22,463 nucleotides of DNA from a bacterium (GTDB lineage Bacteria > Krumholzibacteriota > Krumholzibacteriia > LZORAL124-64-63). The stretch lies in NCBI GenBank assembly GCA_031441465.1, contig JANOEP010000034.1, positions 1-22,463 on the forward strand. Direction: 5' to 3'. The position numbers and the translations under genes are program-made. The notes beneath the pieces are model-generated. The model was not told where the DNA came from, searched no databases, and saw nothing but the letters and a program-made list of their open reading frames with translations. This document shows positions 11,325 to 19,284 of the stretch, one piece after another. Every line of letters begins with the position of its first letter. Position 1 is the first letter of the stretch.

Positions 11325-12869
11325 TCAGGGATGGAACTCGACTCCCTGCGCCAGGTGGACCTCGCCGCCCCAGTTGATCGTGTTGGTCTGGCGGCGCATG
11401 TAGGTCTTCCAGCAGTCGGAGCCGGACTCGCGGCCGCCGCCGGTCTCCTTCTCGCCGCCGAAGGCGCCGCCGATCTCCGCGCCCGAGGTGCCGATGTTCA
11501 CGTTGGCGATGCCGCAGTCCGAACCGCGGAAGCTGGTGAAGGTCTCGGCCTCGGACACGCTGTCGGTGAAGACCCCGGACGACAGGCCCTGGGGCACGCC
11601 GTTGTGCAGGGCGAGCGCCTCGTCGAACGTGCGGTACTTCATGACGTAGAGGATGGGCGCGAAGGTCTCGGTCTGCACGATCGGCGCGTCGTTGGCGATC
11701 TCGACGATCGTCGGCAGGACGAAGGTCCGGTGGCCGAAGGGGGCCTCCATCGCCTTGCCGCCGCAGACGACGCGGCCTCCCTGCGCCTTGGCCGCCTGGA
11801 TCGCCGCCTCGAAGTCGGCCACGGCGCCCTCGTCGATCAGCGGCCCCATCAGCGTCGCGGGGTCCAGGGGATCGCCGACGCGCACCTTCTTGTAGTTGGC
11901 GACGAGCTTCTTGAGGAACACGTCGTAGATCGACTCGTGGACGATCAGCCGGCGGGTGGAGGTGCAGCGCTGCCCGGCGGTGCCGACGGCGCCGAAGAAG
12001 GCGCTGGCCAGCGCGCAGGTCAGGTCGGCCTTCTCCGAGATGACCAGCGCGTTGTTGCCGCCCAGCTCGAGGATGGTGCGGCCGAGACGCTCGCCGACGA
12101 CGGCGCCGATGCGCTTGCCCATGCGGGTGCTGCCGGTGGCCGAGATCAGCGGCACGCGCTCGTCCGCGACCAGCCGTTCGCCGATGACCGCGCCGCGCCC
12201 GATCACGGCGCAGGACACGCCCTGCGGCACGCCGTTGCGGTGGAACACCTCGTTGGCGATGTTCTGGCAGGCGATGGCGCACAGGGGCGTCTTGCTGGAA
12301 GGCTTCCAGACCGCGACGTCGCCGCAGACCCAGGCCAGCGCGTTGTTCCAGGCCCAGACCGCGACCGGGAAGTTGAAGGCGGTGATCACGCCGACCACGC
12401 CCAGCGGGTGCCACTGCTCCATCATGCGGTGGCGGGGGCGCTCGCTCTGCAGGGTCGGGCCGCTGAGCATGCGGCTCTGGCCGACGGCGTAGTCGCAGAT
12501 GTCGATCATCTCCTGGACCTCGCCCAGGCCCTCGGTGAGGATCTTGCCCATCTCCAGGGAGACCAGCTGCCCGAGCGCCTCCTTCTTCGCGCGCAGCGCC
12601 TCGCCCAGCTGCCGCACGACCTCGCCGCGCCGCGGGGCCGGCACGTCGCGCCAGAGGACGAAGGCCGCGGTCGCCTTGCGCATCATCTTCTCGTAGTCCT
12701 TCGCGGAAGCCTGTTCCACGCGCGCGATCACCGTGCCGGTCGTCGGGTCCACGACGTCCAGGAAGTCGCCGCTGTCGGCGAACCACTCGCCGCCGGCGTT
12801 GGCGCCCTTGAGTTCGCGCCCGAGATCCAGCGCCTTGAAGATCTTGTTCACCTGCTGACGCGTCGCCAT
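11325..12869 (-). CDS. ALDH7/antiquitin-type aldehyde dehydrogenase (alpha-aminoadipate semialdehyde / piperideine-6-carboxylate dehydrogenase)
   Basis: 514 aa from ATG 12869 (GGAGG 9 nt upstream). Motifs ITAFNFP, WKPS, LELGGNNA, GTAGQRCT, GAEIGGAFGGEKETGGGRESGSD. Lies directly downstream of saccharopine dehydrogenase. Confidence 0.92.
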   Translation of the reverse strand: MATRQQVNKIFKALDLGRELKGANAGGEWFADSGDFLDVVDPTTGTVIARVEQASAKDYEKMMRKATAAFVLWRDVPAPRRGEVVRQLGEALRAKKEALGQLVSLEMGKILTEGLGEVQEMIDICDYAVGQSRMLSGPTLQSERPRHRMMEQWHPLGVVGVITAFNFPVAVWAWNNALAWVCGDVAVWKPSSKTPLCAIACQNIANEVFHRNGVPQGVSCAVIGRGAVIGERLVADERVPLISATGSTRMGKRIGAVVGERLGRTILELGGNNALVISEKADLTCALASAFFGAVGTAGQRCTSTRRLIVHESIYDVFLKKLVANYKKVRVGDPLDPATLMGPLIDEGAVADFEAAIQAAKAQGGRVVCGGKAMEAPFGHRTFVLPTIVEIANDAPIVQTETFAPILYVMKYRTFDEALALHNGVPQGLSSGVFTDSVSEAETFTSFRGSDCGIANVNIGTSGAEIGGAFGGEKETGGGRESGSDCWKTYMRRQTNTINWGGEVHLAQGVEFHP

Positions 12870-12871
12870 GG

Positions 12872-14221
12872 TCACTCGCCTCCCTCGTGTCCGGTATCCC
12901 GGTCGGTGCGTTCCGTCTTCTCCTGGCAAACGATGCCGTGCCCCTCGAGTTCGTCGAGGATCGGCCGGTAGAATTCCGCCGTCACCGGCCGCGCCACGCC
13001 GCGGGCCGCGATCCCGCCCTCCAGCACCAGGCGCACCGCCACGGCCAGCGGCAGCGAGACCGTGCGGGCCATCGCCGAGTCGCCGCCGGGTTCGCCGAAG
13101 GCGACCAGGCTGGAGGTGATCGACTCGCGGCCGCCGTCGGGCAGGGCCGCCGTGAACTCGTGCTTCATCACCAGCAGGTCCCGCTCGCCGGGGGCGTAGA
13201 CCAGCTTCGCCAGCATGGCGTCGCCCAGGACGTCCAGCGGGCAGCCGCGCTCGCGGCCCAGGGGGGTCTCGTCGCAGAGCCCCAGCCAGCGCAGGTTCGC
13301 GACCGGCAGGGCGTCGCGGCAGAGCCCCAGGCTGCTGGCGACCGCCGCGTCGGCGGCCTCCCCCGGCACGGCCCCGGCCAGGCGGCGCAGCAGGTCCGCC
13401 GACGTCGCGCCGGCGAGATCGACGGGCTCGATCGCGAGCAGCCCGAGGCGACCGTAGTTGTGCAGGCAGTCGCACCAGCCGGGGTTGCGCAGCGTGCCGC
13501 GGAACATGGTGCGGATGCCCTGCAGGCCGTAGATGTCGATGTAGGAGATCGAGTCGCGGTTGGGGTAGGCCTCGAAGTCGCCCGCCCCCTCGACGTGCAG
13601 CAGGCGCATGTCGCGGAACAGCCGCGCCCCGGGCACCGTCACCTGTGCCCCGTCGGACAGGTAGTGGGCGTCGTTGCGGCCGGCCATCAGCACGCCGCGG
13701 GGCGCCCAGGAGAACTTGTAACCGAAGGGATTGTCGTTGGCCTCGGGCGCGGGCAGGCCGCCGCAGTACGAGCGGAACGACAGCACCCGCCCGCCGCGGG
13801 CGCGCACGCCGTCGATGACACGCATCGCGGACATGTGGTCGATGCCCGGGTCCACGCCGATCTCGTTGAGCAGCAGCACTCCCCGTTCGCGGGCGGCGGC
13901 GTCCAGGGCCGCCATCTCGGGCGCCACGTAGGACGCGGTGGCCAGGTGGCGCCCGGCTTCCACGCAGAGTTTGGCCACGGCCGGGTGGAACGGCGGCGGC
14001 GCCAGGCTGACCGTCAGGTCGTGCGCCGCCACCAGCGCCGCCACCGCGGCGGTGTCGCGCACGTCGACGGCCAGCGCGCTGCCGTGGGGGTGGCCGTCGA
14101 TCATCGCCGACGCCCGCTCGGGCGCGACGTCGCCCTGGGTGACGGCGAAACCGCGGTCCAGGAGGTAGCGCACCAGCGGCCGGGCCACCATGCCGGCGCC
14201 CAGGACCAGCACCTTCTTCAT
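12872..14221 (-). CDS. Saccharopine dehydrogenase (glutamate-forming type)
   Basis: 449 aa from MKKVLVLGAGMV. Motifs NEIGVDPGIDHM, SYCGGLPAPEANDNPFGYKFSW, EAYPNRDS, RGTLR, SAMARTV. ATGA overlap with the upstream gene. Confidence 0.93.
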   Translation of the reverse strand: MKKVLVLGAGMVARPLVRYLLDRGFAVTQGDVAPERASAMIDGHPHGSALAVDVRDTAAVAALVAAHDLTVSLAPPPFHPAVAKLCVEAGRHLATASYVAPEMAALDAAARERGVLLLNEIGVDPGIDHMSAMRVIDGVRARGGRVLSFRSYCGGLPAPEANDNPFGYKFSWAPRGVLMAGRNDAHYLSDGAQVTVPGARLFRDMRLLHVEGAGDFEAYPNRDSISYIDIYGLQGIRTMFRGTLRNPGWCDCLHNYGRLGLLAIEPVDLAGATSADLLRRLAGAVPGEAADAAVASSLGLCRDALPVANLRWLGLCDETPLGRERGCPLDVLGDAMLAKLVYAPGERDLLVMKHEFTAALPDGGRESITSSLVAFGEPGGDSAMARTVSLPLAVAVRLVLEGGIAARGVARPVTAEFYRPILDELEGHGIVCQEKTERTDRDTGHEGGE

Positions 14222-15534
14222 GCCCGGCTCCCGCGGTCGAGGAACTCGGCGAGGTAGGCGTACCGCGGCGCCAGTTCTCCCCGATGGACGATCACCGCGC
14301 GCTTGAGGTGCGGCGGCAAGTCGAGTTCGATGAAGTCGGCCGACCAGTCGCAGTTGCCCAGGTCGCCGACCATGTCCTTCAGCACGGTGCTGAAATGCTC
14401 GCTCGCCTCGCGCGGCAGCTCGCAGGGCAGGTTGTCGACCGCCATCACGACGATGCCGCGCCCGTCGACGCCGTCGCGCACCTCGCCCGCCACGGGGTCC
14501 ACCACGTAGCAGGGGGCGTCGGGCTGCGTCGCCTTGACGCTGATCTGGATGCTGCCCTCGATGTCGATGCTGATGTCGCCGACGACCTGCAGGCGCGGCT
14601 CGCGGCCGTCGCGGAACTGCTCGGCCGCCCAGGCCGAGGTCAACAGGCGGGGGTAGCGCTCGGTCCAGAAGATCGTGTTGACGAGCAGGTCGAGGTGCGG
14701 CAGGTGCTGCGCGAAGCAGCCTTCGTAGCCCTCGGGGTGGTCGTAGTAGTCGTGCAGCTCGAACGGACGGTCGCCCCGCGGCAGGACCATGTCCTGTTCC
14801 TTGAACACGCAGACGACCAGGGGCTCCGACGCGGGCGCGGACGCGGCGGCCGGCAGATCCGCCGGGGCGACCCTGGCGATCGGCAGCCAGGACAGCACCG
14901 TCTGCACGCCGCGCGCCACGTTGCCGTAGCCGGCGACGCCGACGACCAGCGGCAAGCCGCCCGGCAGACGCTCGCCGCGCAGGCGCTCGCCGATCGAGCG
15001 CAGGTGCGCCTCGGCGGCCGTGAGGTCGCCGTAGGCGTGGGGCGGGAGGATCTCCGCCAGCGGGGTCTCGAGGCCGCGGCCCTGCAGGCGCAGGCCCAGC
15101 GCGCGCAGCGCCTCGATCATGCCGGCGTAGCCGGCGTGCACGCTGAAGAAGATCAGCCGGCGGCTGTGCTCGTCGGCGATGCACTCGTAGTCCACCAGCG
15201 TGCAGCCTTGCCGCAGGTACTCCCGCAGCAGGGGCATGTTGCGCGCCTGCCCCTTGATGACGTGCGCGAAGTTGACATAGACCTTGCCCGGCCGGTAGAG
15301 CGCCGGCGGGATCTCCTTCACCGCGATCACGATGTCCGCGTCCAGCGCAGCTTCCGAGACCTCGATCCCGGCCTCGCGGTACTCGCGATCGGGAAAGACG
15401 CGGATGGGCGACGGCTGCACGACTAGGCGGTGCCCGAAGCAGGCCTGGATGCCGGCGGCGTCGGCCGGCGTCAACGGGACGCGGCGTTCCCACTTGCTCT
15501 TGTCCTCGAGTCGAATGCCGATGGTGGCGGGCAA
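14218..15534 (-). CDS. Lysine-ketoglutarate reductase (LKR, homologous to the N-terminal domain of bifunctional AASS)
   Basis: TTG start at 15534 with GGAGG 6 nt upstream. Motifs IGIRLEDKSKWERRVPLTP, VQPS, VKE, FAHVIKGQARNM, LVDYE, AGYAGMI, GYGNVARG, YPRLLT, DISID, MAVDNLPCELPREASEHFS. Confidence 0.88.
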   Translation of the reverse strand: MPATIGIRLEDKSKWERRVPLTPADAAGIQACFGHRLVVQPSPIRVFPDREYREAGIEVSEAALDADIVIAVKEIPPALYRPGKVYVNFAHVIKGQARNMPLLREYLRQGCTLVDYECIADEHSRRLIFFSVHAGYAGMIEALRALGLRLQGRGLETPLAEILPPHAYGDLTAAEAHLRSIGERLRGERLPGGLPLVVGVAGYGNVARGVQTVLSWLPIARVAPADLPAAASAPASEPLVVCVFKEQDMVLPRGDRPFELHDYYDHPEGYEGCFAQHLPHLDLLVNTIFWTERYPRLLTSAWAAEQFRDGREPRLQVVGDISIDIEGSIQISVKATQPDAPCYVVDPVAGEVRDGVDGRGIVVMAVDNLPCELPREASEHFSTVLKDMVGDLGNCDWSADFIELDLPPHLKRAVIVHRGELAPRYAYLAEFLDRGSRA

Positions 15535-15589
15535 GGCAGACCTCCGGATGGCGGCGACGGCGCCGCAGGCAGGGGGATGAACTAGGGCC

Positions 15590-15619
15590 AAACTAGGCAG
15601 TCGGAACAGTCAGCGTCAA
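15590..15619 (-). promoter_or_regulatory. Putative sigma70-type promoter of the lkr-sdh-aldh-PPDK_N/GDH operon
   Basis: Minus strand TTGACG-N18-TAGTTT, located just downstream of an intrinsic terminator and about 55 nt before the TTG start. Confidence 0.55.
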
Positions 15620-15639
15620 CCCGCGCGAGACAAGGCGTG

Positions 15640-15667
15640 AAAAAAGGCGCCCCGGGAAGGGGCGCCT
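15640..15667 (-). terminator. Rho-independent terminator ending the DUF4920-PepSY transcript
   Basis: Minus strand AGGCGCCCC-TTCCC-GGGGCGCCT running into a T6 tract. Confidence 0.85.
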
Positions 15668-15683
15668 CCGAACGTGAGCGCTA

Positions 15684-15734
15684 CCGGACTGGGTGCGTTT
15701 CCGGACTGGGTGCGTCCCGGGCCTGGGCGCTTCC
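15684..15734. repeat. Three tandem 17-bp units (two near-identical, one degenerate)
   Basis: ccggactgggtgcgttt / ccggactgggtgcgtcc / cgggcctgggcgcttcc; the third unit matches the second at 13 of 17 positions. Confidence 0.75.
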
Positions 15735-15751
15735 CGCCGCCGCGCCGTGGT

Positions 15752-16309
15752 TCACCCCCGGCGCGCGAACACCGCGTAGACGACGGGCAGGACGATCCCG
15801 AGCACCATCAGCAGCCCGCCGCGGCCGACCAGACCCTTGCGGCCCTTGACCAGGAAGATGCCGCTCACGGCCAGGACGATCAGGACGGCGGCGTAGGCGT
15901 CGGCGATGCCGGTCCAGGGCGCCTTGCCCTTGTTCAGGTGCATGAAGTTGACGTCGTAGAGCAGCGGCCGCTTCTCGTTGCCGCGCCGCACGACCTCCCC
16001 GGTCACCAGGTTCACGTCGATGGTCCCGTCCTGGACGAAGACCTGGAGCACCTCGCGGCCCGCCCGCCAGGTCTCCTTGACCGGCTCCTGCAGCGCGAGC
16101 CGCTCCAGCACCAGGGGCGCGACCGCTTCGGTCTCGCCGTCGCCGGGCGGCTCGATGCGCGAGTTCGCGACGTAGGCCGTGTGGCTCGGGTCCCAGTGGT
16201 GGACATGGTTCACGGCGATGCCGCTGATCGCGTACACGAGGGTGAGGCCCACGGCGAAGAACCCCAGCTCGCGGTGCAGCCAGCGGCAAACCTTGCGGAA
16301 ACCGTTCAC
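15752..16309 (-). CDS. PepSY-associated TM helix domain membrane protein
   Basis: 185 aa. N-terminal RWLHRELGFF...YAISGIAVNH, later NFMHLNKG followed by two hydrophobic helices (…AVSG…). Starts 4 nt after the upstream stop. Confidence 0.8.
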   Translation of the reverse strand: MNGFRKVCRWLHRELGFFAVGLTLVYAISGIAVNHVHHWDPSHTAYVANSRIEPPGDGETEAVAPLVLERLALQEPVKETWRAGREVLQVFVQDGTIDVNLVTGEVVRRGNEKRPLLYDVNFMHLNKGKAPWTGIADAYAAVLIVLAVSGIFLVKGRKGLVGRGGLLMVLGIVLPVVYAVFARRG

Positions 16310-16313
16310 CCGG

Positions 16314-16754
16314 TTACTTCCAGTTGCAGACGGCGCCGGTGGCGAACAGCTCGTAGACGGTCTTGCACTGGACCTCGGGCTCGCCCTCGCGCGTCGCGTC
16401 GCACTTCTTGGCGGTGTCCTCGACGCGGTTGGCCTTGAACACGCCCTGGGCGCGGACCTTCTCGCCCACGATCTCCTTCGGGAAGACGATGACCCCGTCC
16501 TCCACCTTCACGCGCAGGGTCTCGCCCTCGACGTCCGAGGCCAGGGACAGCCAGCAGCCGCGATGGGCGCAGACGCCGACGACCGTGCCTTCGATGACCA
16601 GGGTCTTGCCGATGAACTGGTCGGGATTGGCCAGGACCACGCTGATGGGGGTGACGTCGCCCGCGGCGACGCCCTTGCCGTAGATCTTCTCCTTGGCGAC
16701 GGCGGGAACGACGGCGACGGCCAGCAACAACAAGGCGGTGACGATGCGGCGCAT
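16314..16754 (-). CDS. Exported DUF4920-like (OB-fold-like) protein
   Basis: 146 aa from ATG 16754 (GAGGGAG RBS). Signal peptide MRRIVTALLLLAVAVVPAVA; motif EGTVVGVCAHRGCW...VFP...AQG. Confidence 0.75.
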   Translation of the reverse strand: MRRIVTALLLLAVAVVPAVAKEKIYGKGVAAGDVTPISVVLANPDQFIGKTLVIEGTVVGVCAHRGCWLSLASDVEGETLRVKVEDGVIVFPKEIVGEKVRAQGVFKANRVEDTAKKCDATREGEPEVQCKTVYELFATGAVCNWK

Positions 16755-16800
16755 GAACGGTCTCCCTCGGATCGTGGTGGTGGGTCGTCCCGGAACGGGA

Positions 16801-16829
16801 AAGATGCGTCCTGCCCAACGCGCGAGCAA
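16801..16829 (-). promoter_or_regulatory. Possible promoter for the DUF4920-PepSY pair
   Basis: Minus strand TTGCTC-N17-CATCTT in the ~100 bp intergenic gap; the match to consensus is weak. Confidence 0.3.
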
Positions 16830-16857
16830 GCCCGACCCTGCGGTCCCGGCTGTGAAT

Positions 16858-17817
16858 TCAGTCGGCGAGCACCGAACGCAGCGTCCCGGGCAGGGCCTGC
16901 CGCCAGTTGACCCAGTTGTGGCCGACGTGGCGCTCGACGGCCCGGTGCTCGCAGCCGGAAGCCAGCAACGCGGCCTCGAGGCGGCGGTGGCAGGGCAGCA
17001 GCCACTCGAGGGTCCCGCACTCCAGGTGCCAGCGCAGCCCGCGACCCCGGCCGGCGCGCAGCTGCCGCAGCAGCCACTCCCCGCCGGCGAAGGGATCGGG
17101 CGGGTCGTCGTCGGGCGCGATCAGGAAGGCGCCGCTGTGCGCCGCGACCGCCGTGAAGAGGTCCGGCCTGTCCAGAGCCAGATCGGCGCCGGCCAACGCG
17201 CCGAGGCTGGCGCCCAGCAGGACGCGCTTCCCGTCGCAGTGGACCCGCGCCTCGGCCGCCGGCAGCAGCTCCTGCAGGATGTGGTCCCGGAACGGCGCGC
17301 TGTAGATGTAGTCGCGGCTGCGCCGCTCGGGATGGACCAGCAGGAAGTGGGCGGGGGGCACCTCGCCCCGCGCGGTCAGCAGGTCGGCCACCGGTCCGAG
17401 GCGTCCATGATGCCAATAGGACTTCCCATCCTGGACGATGACCAGGGGTCCGGGCTCGTCGGGATCGGCGGTGGAGTAGAGGAAGGCGCGGCGCTCCTGC
17501 CCCATGGCCCGTGAAGGGGCGCGCAGGCCCTGCAGGCGCCGGAGCGCGCGCGCCGGCGCCGCCGCGACGACGGGGTCGACGGCCCACAGCGGTCCGGCCA
17601 GGCGGCAGGCGTGACTCCACCAGGGGTTCCCGGCCGTCGTCCCGGCGGGGTCGGGGCACGGCGCACCATCGGCGTCGAGCCAGGCGTACTCGAACCAGGC
17701 ATCGTCGGGCAGCCTGAACGGCGCGAGGTCGGCGACCGGCAGGGGATGCCGCCGCCAGCCGTGCAGGTCGCTGATCAGGTGGGTGGCCCCGTCCGGCGGG
17801 TGCAACGCCGCTTCCAA
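16858..17817 (-). CDS. Alpha/beta hydrolase, enterochelin esterase (Fes)-like
   Basis: Nucleophile elbow GASLG, VQDG, HSGAF, ECGTLE, GHNWVNWR. TTG 17817 (GGGGA upstream) is preferred over ATG 17856, which would overlap the divergent gene. Confidence 0.8.
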   Translation of the reverse strand: MEAALHPPDGATHLISDLHGWRRHPLPVADLAPFRLPDDAWFEYAWLDADGAPCPDPAGTTAGNPWWSHACRLAGPLWAVDPVVAAAPARALRRLQGLRAPSRAMGQERRAFLYSTADPDEPGPLVIVQDGKSYWHHGRLGPVADLLTARGEVPPAHFLLVHPERRSRDYIYSAPFRDHILQELLPAAEARVHCDGKRVLLGASLGALAGADLALDRPDLFTAVAAHSGAFLIAPDDDPPDPFAGGEWLLRQLRAGRGRGLRWHLECGTLEWLLPCHRRLEAALLASGCEHRAVERHVGHNWVNWRQALPGTLRSVLAD

Positions 17818-17846
17818 CTGTTTCCCCGTTCGTCTAGGATGCCGCC

Positions 17847-18545
17847 ATGGCGACATCTCCCTACGACCCGGCCCCGGCGGAACTGCTGGACTGCCGGCGT
17901 TGCCCGCGCCTGGTCCACTGGCGCGAGCAGGTGGCGCGCGTCAAACGGCGCGCCTATCTGGAGTGCGAATACTGGGGCCGACCGCTGCCGGGCTTCGGCG
18001 ACCCCGGGGCGTCGGTCTGCCTTGTCGGGCTCGCGCCCGGCGCCCACGGCGCCAACCGCACCGGCCGGATGTTCACCGGCGACGCCAGCGGCGACTTCCT
18101 CTTCCCGGCCTTGCACCGCTGCGGCTTCGCCGACCGGCCCGCGAGCGTGCGTCGCGACGACGGCCTGAGACTCGGCGATCTCTGGATCACCAGCGCCCTG
18201 CGCTGCGTGCCGCCGGACAACGTGCCGACCCACGAGGAAACCCGCCAGTGCCGCGCTTGGCTGGCCCGCGACCTCGACGGCCTGCGCGGCCTGCGCGTGA
18301 TCATCGGCATGGGCCGGATCGGCCACGACGCGGTGCTGGACTTGATGGTGTCGCGCGGCGCCCCGCTGGTCAAGGCGCGGCACCGCTTCGCCCACGGCGC
18401 GGAGTCCGAGCTGCCGGACGGCACCCTGCTGCTGGACACCTACCACGTCAGCTTCCGCAACACCAATTCAGGACTCCTGACCTCGGAGATGCTCGACGCC
18501 GTGCTGCTGCGCGCGCGGGACCTCGCCGGTTTGCCGCCGCCCTGA
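17847..18545 (+). CDS. udgB: Uracil-DNA glycosylase, family 5 (UdgB type, Fe-S)
   Basis: Motifs CRRCPRL...YWGRPLPGFGD, GLAPGAHGANRTGRMFTGD, RCVPPDN...C, YHVSFRN. Confidence 0.9.
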   Translation: MATSPYDPAPAELLDCRRCPRLVHWREQVARVKRRAYLECEYWGRPLPGFGDPGASVCLVGLAPGAHGANRTGRMFTGDASGDFLFPALHRCGFADRPASVRRDDGLRLGDLWITSALRCVPPDNVPTHEETRQCRAWLARDLDGLRGLRVIIGMGRIGHDAVLDLMVSRGAPLVKARHRFAHGAESELPDGTLLLDTYHVSFRNTNSGLLTSEMLDAVLLRARDLAGLPPP

Positions 18546-18612
18546 AGGAACCGCGGTGGTGCGCGACGGTTTTCCGGGCTATCGTTGCGGCGCCCTGCGA
18601 ACGGGAGGACGG

Positions 18613-19284
18613 ATGCGGACCAGCGGACTGACCACGCGCCTCGCCTCGCCGCTGCTGGTCAGGCGCCTGCCTGCCTCGGCGACCGAAGCGGTGCTGTTGA
18701 CCTTCGACGACGGCCCAACGCGGGGCGTCACCGAGGGCGTGCTCGACCGGCTCGCGCGGCACGGGGCGCGGGCGGTGTTCTGCATGGTCGGGGAATGCGT
18801 CGTCGCCGCCCCCGAACTGGCGCGCGCCTGCCGCGACGCCGACCACGGTCTGGGCAACCACTCGCACGTCCACGACATGTCCCGGTTGCCGCCGCCTTCC
18901 GCCTACCTGCGGGACCTGGACCTCTGCAGCGCGGCGATCCGCGACGCCACCGGCTGCGGGCCGCGCTGGTTCCGCGCACCCGGCGGCCGCATGCACCCGG
19001 CGAGTCTGCTGGGGCCGCGCCGCCGCGGCCTGCGCCACCTGCACTGGTCGGTGGACCCCCTGGACTGGTGCTGCCGCACCCCGGAACAGGCCCGCGCCAC
19101 CGCGAAGCGGCTGGCGAACGAGATCCGCGGCCGCGACATCGTGCTGCTGCACGAGTACGACACGCTGATCCACCACCTGCTCGACGAGCTGCTGCCCGTG
19201 CTGGTCGCGCGCGGCTTCGACCTGGCGGGCGGCCTGGCCGCGCTCGAACAGCCTGACGGACCAGCCAAAGGACTCCCCTCGTGA
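18613..19284 (+). CDS. Polysaccharide deacetylase (CE4/NodB-like)
   Basis: Motifs LTFDDGP, GNHSHVH, FRAPGG, WSVDPLDW, IVLLHE. ATG 18613 follows GGAGG. Confidence 0.9.
   Translation: MRTSGLTTRLASPLLVRRLPASATEAVLLTFDDGPTRGVTEGVLDRLARHGARAVFCMVGECVVAAPELARACRDADHGLGNHSHVHDMSRLPPPSAYLRDLDLCSAAIRDATGCGPRWFRAPGGRMHPASLLGPRRRGLRHLHWSVDPLDWCCRTPEQARATAKRLANEIRGRDIVLLHEYDTLIHHLLDELLPVLVARGFDLAGGLAALEQPDGPAKGLPS

Noticed and set aside
11279..12869. Two adjacent proteins both begin MATR after GGAGGCGA
   Set aside because: The match is too short to distinguish from shared RBS preference and chance.
11325..13475. 716-aa N-terminally extended ALDH
   Set aside because: The extension overlaps SDH in another frame. 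ATG 12869 has a good RBS and gives a normal ALDH7 length.
12872..15493. 873-aa ORF suggesting a fused or frameshifted LKR-SDH protein
   Set aside because: The upstream extension is off-frame low-complexity sequence. SDH has its own ATG in an ATGA overlap, and no slippery site was seen.
15684..15734. Mini CRISPR array
   Set aside because: The units are 17 bp and directly adjacent, with no spacers and no cas genes.
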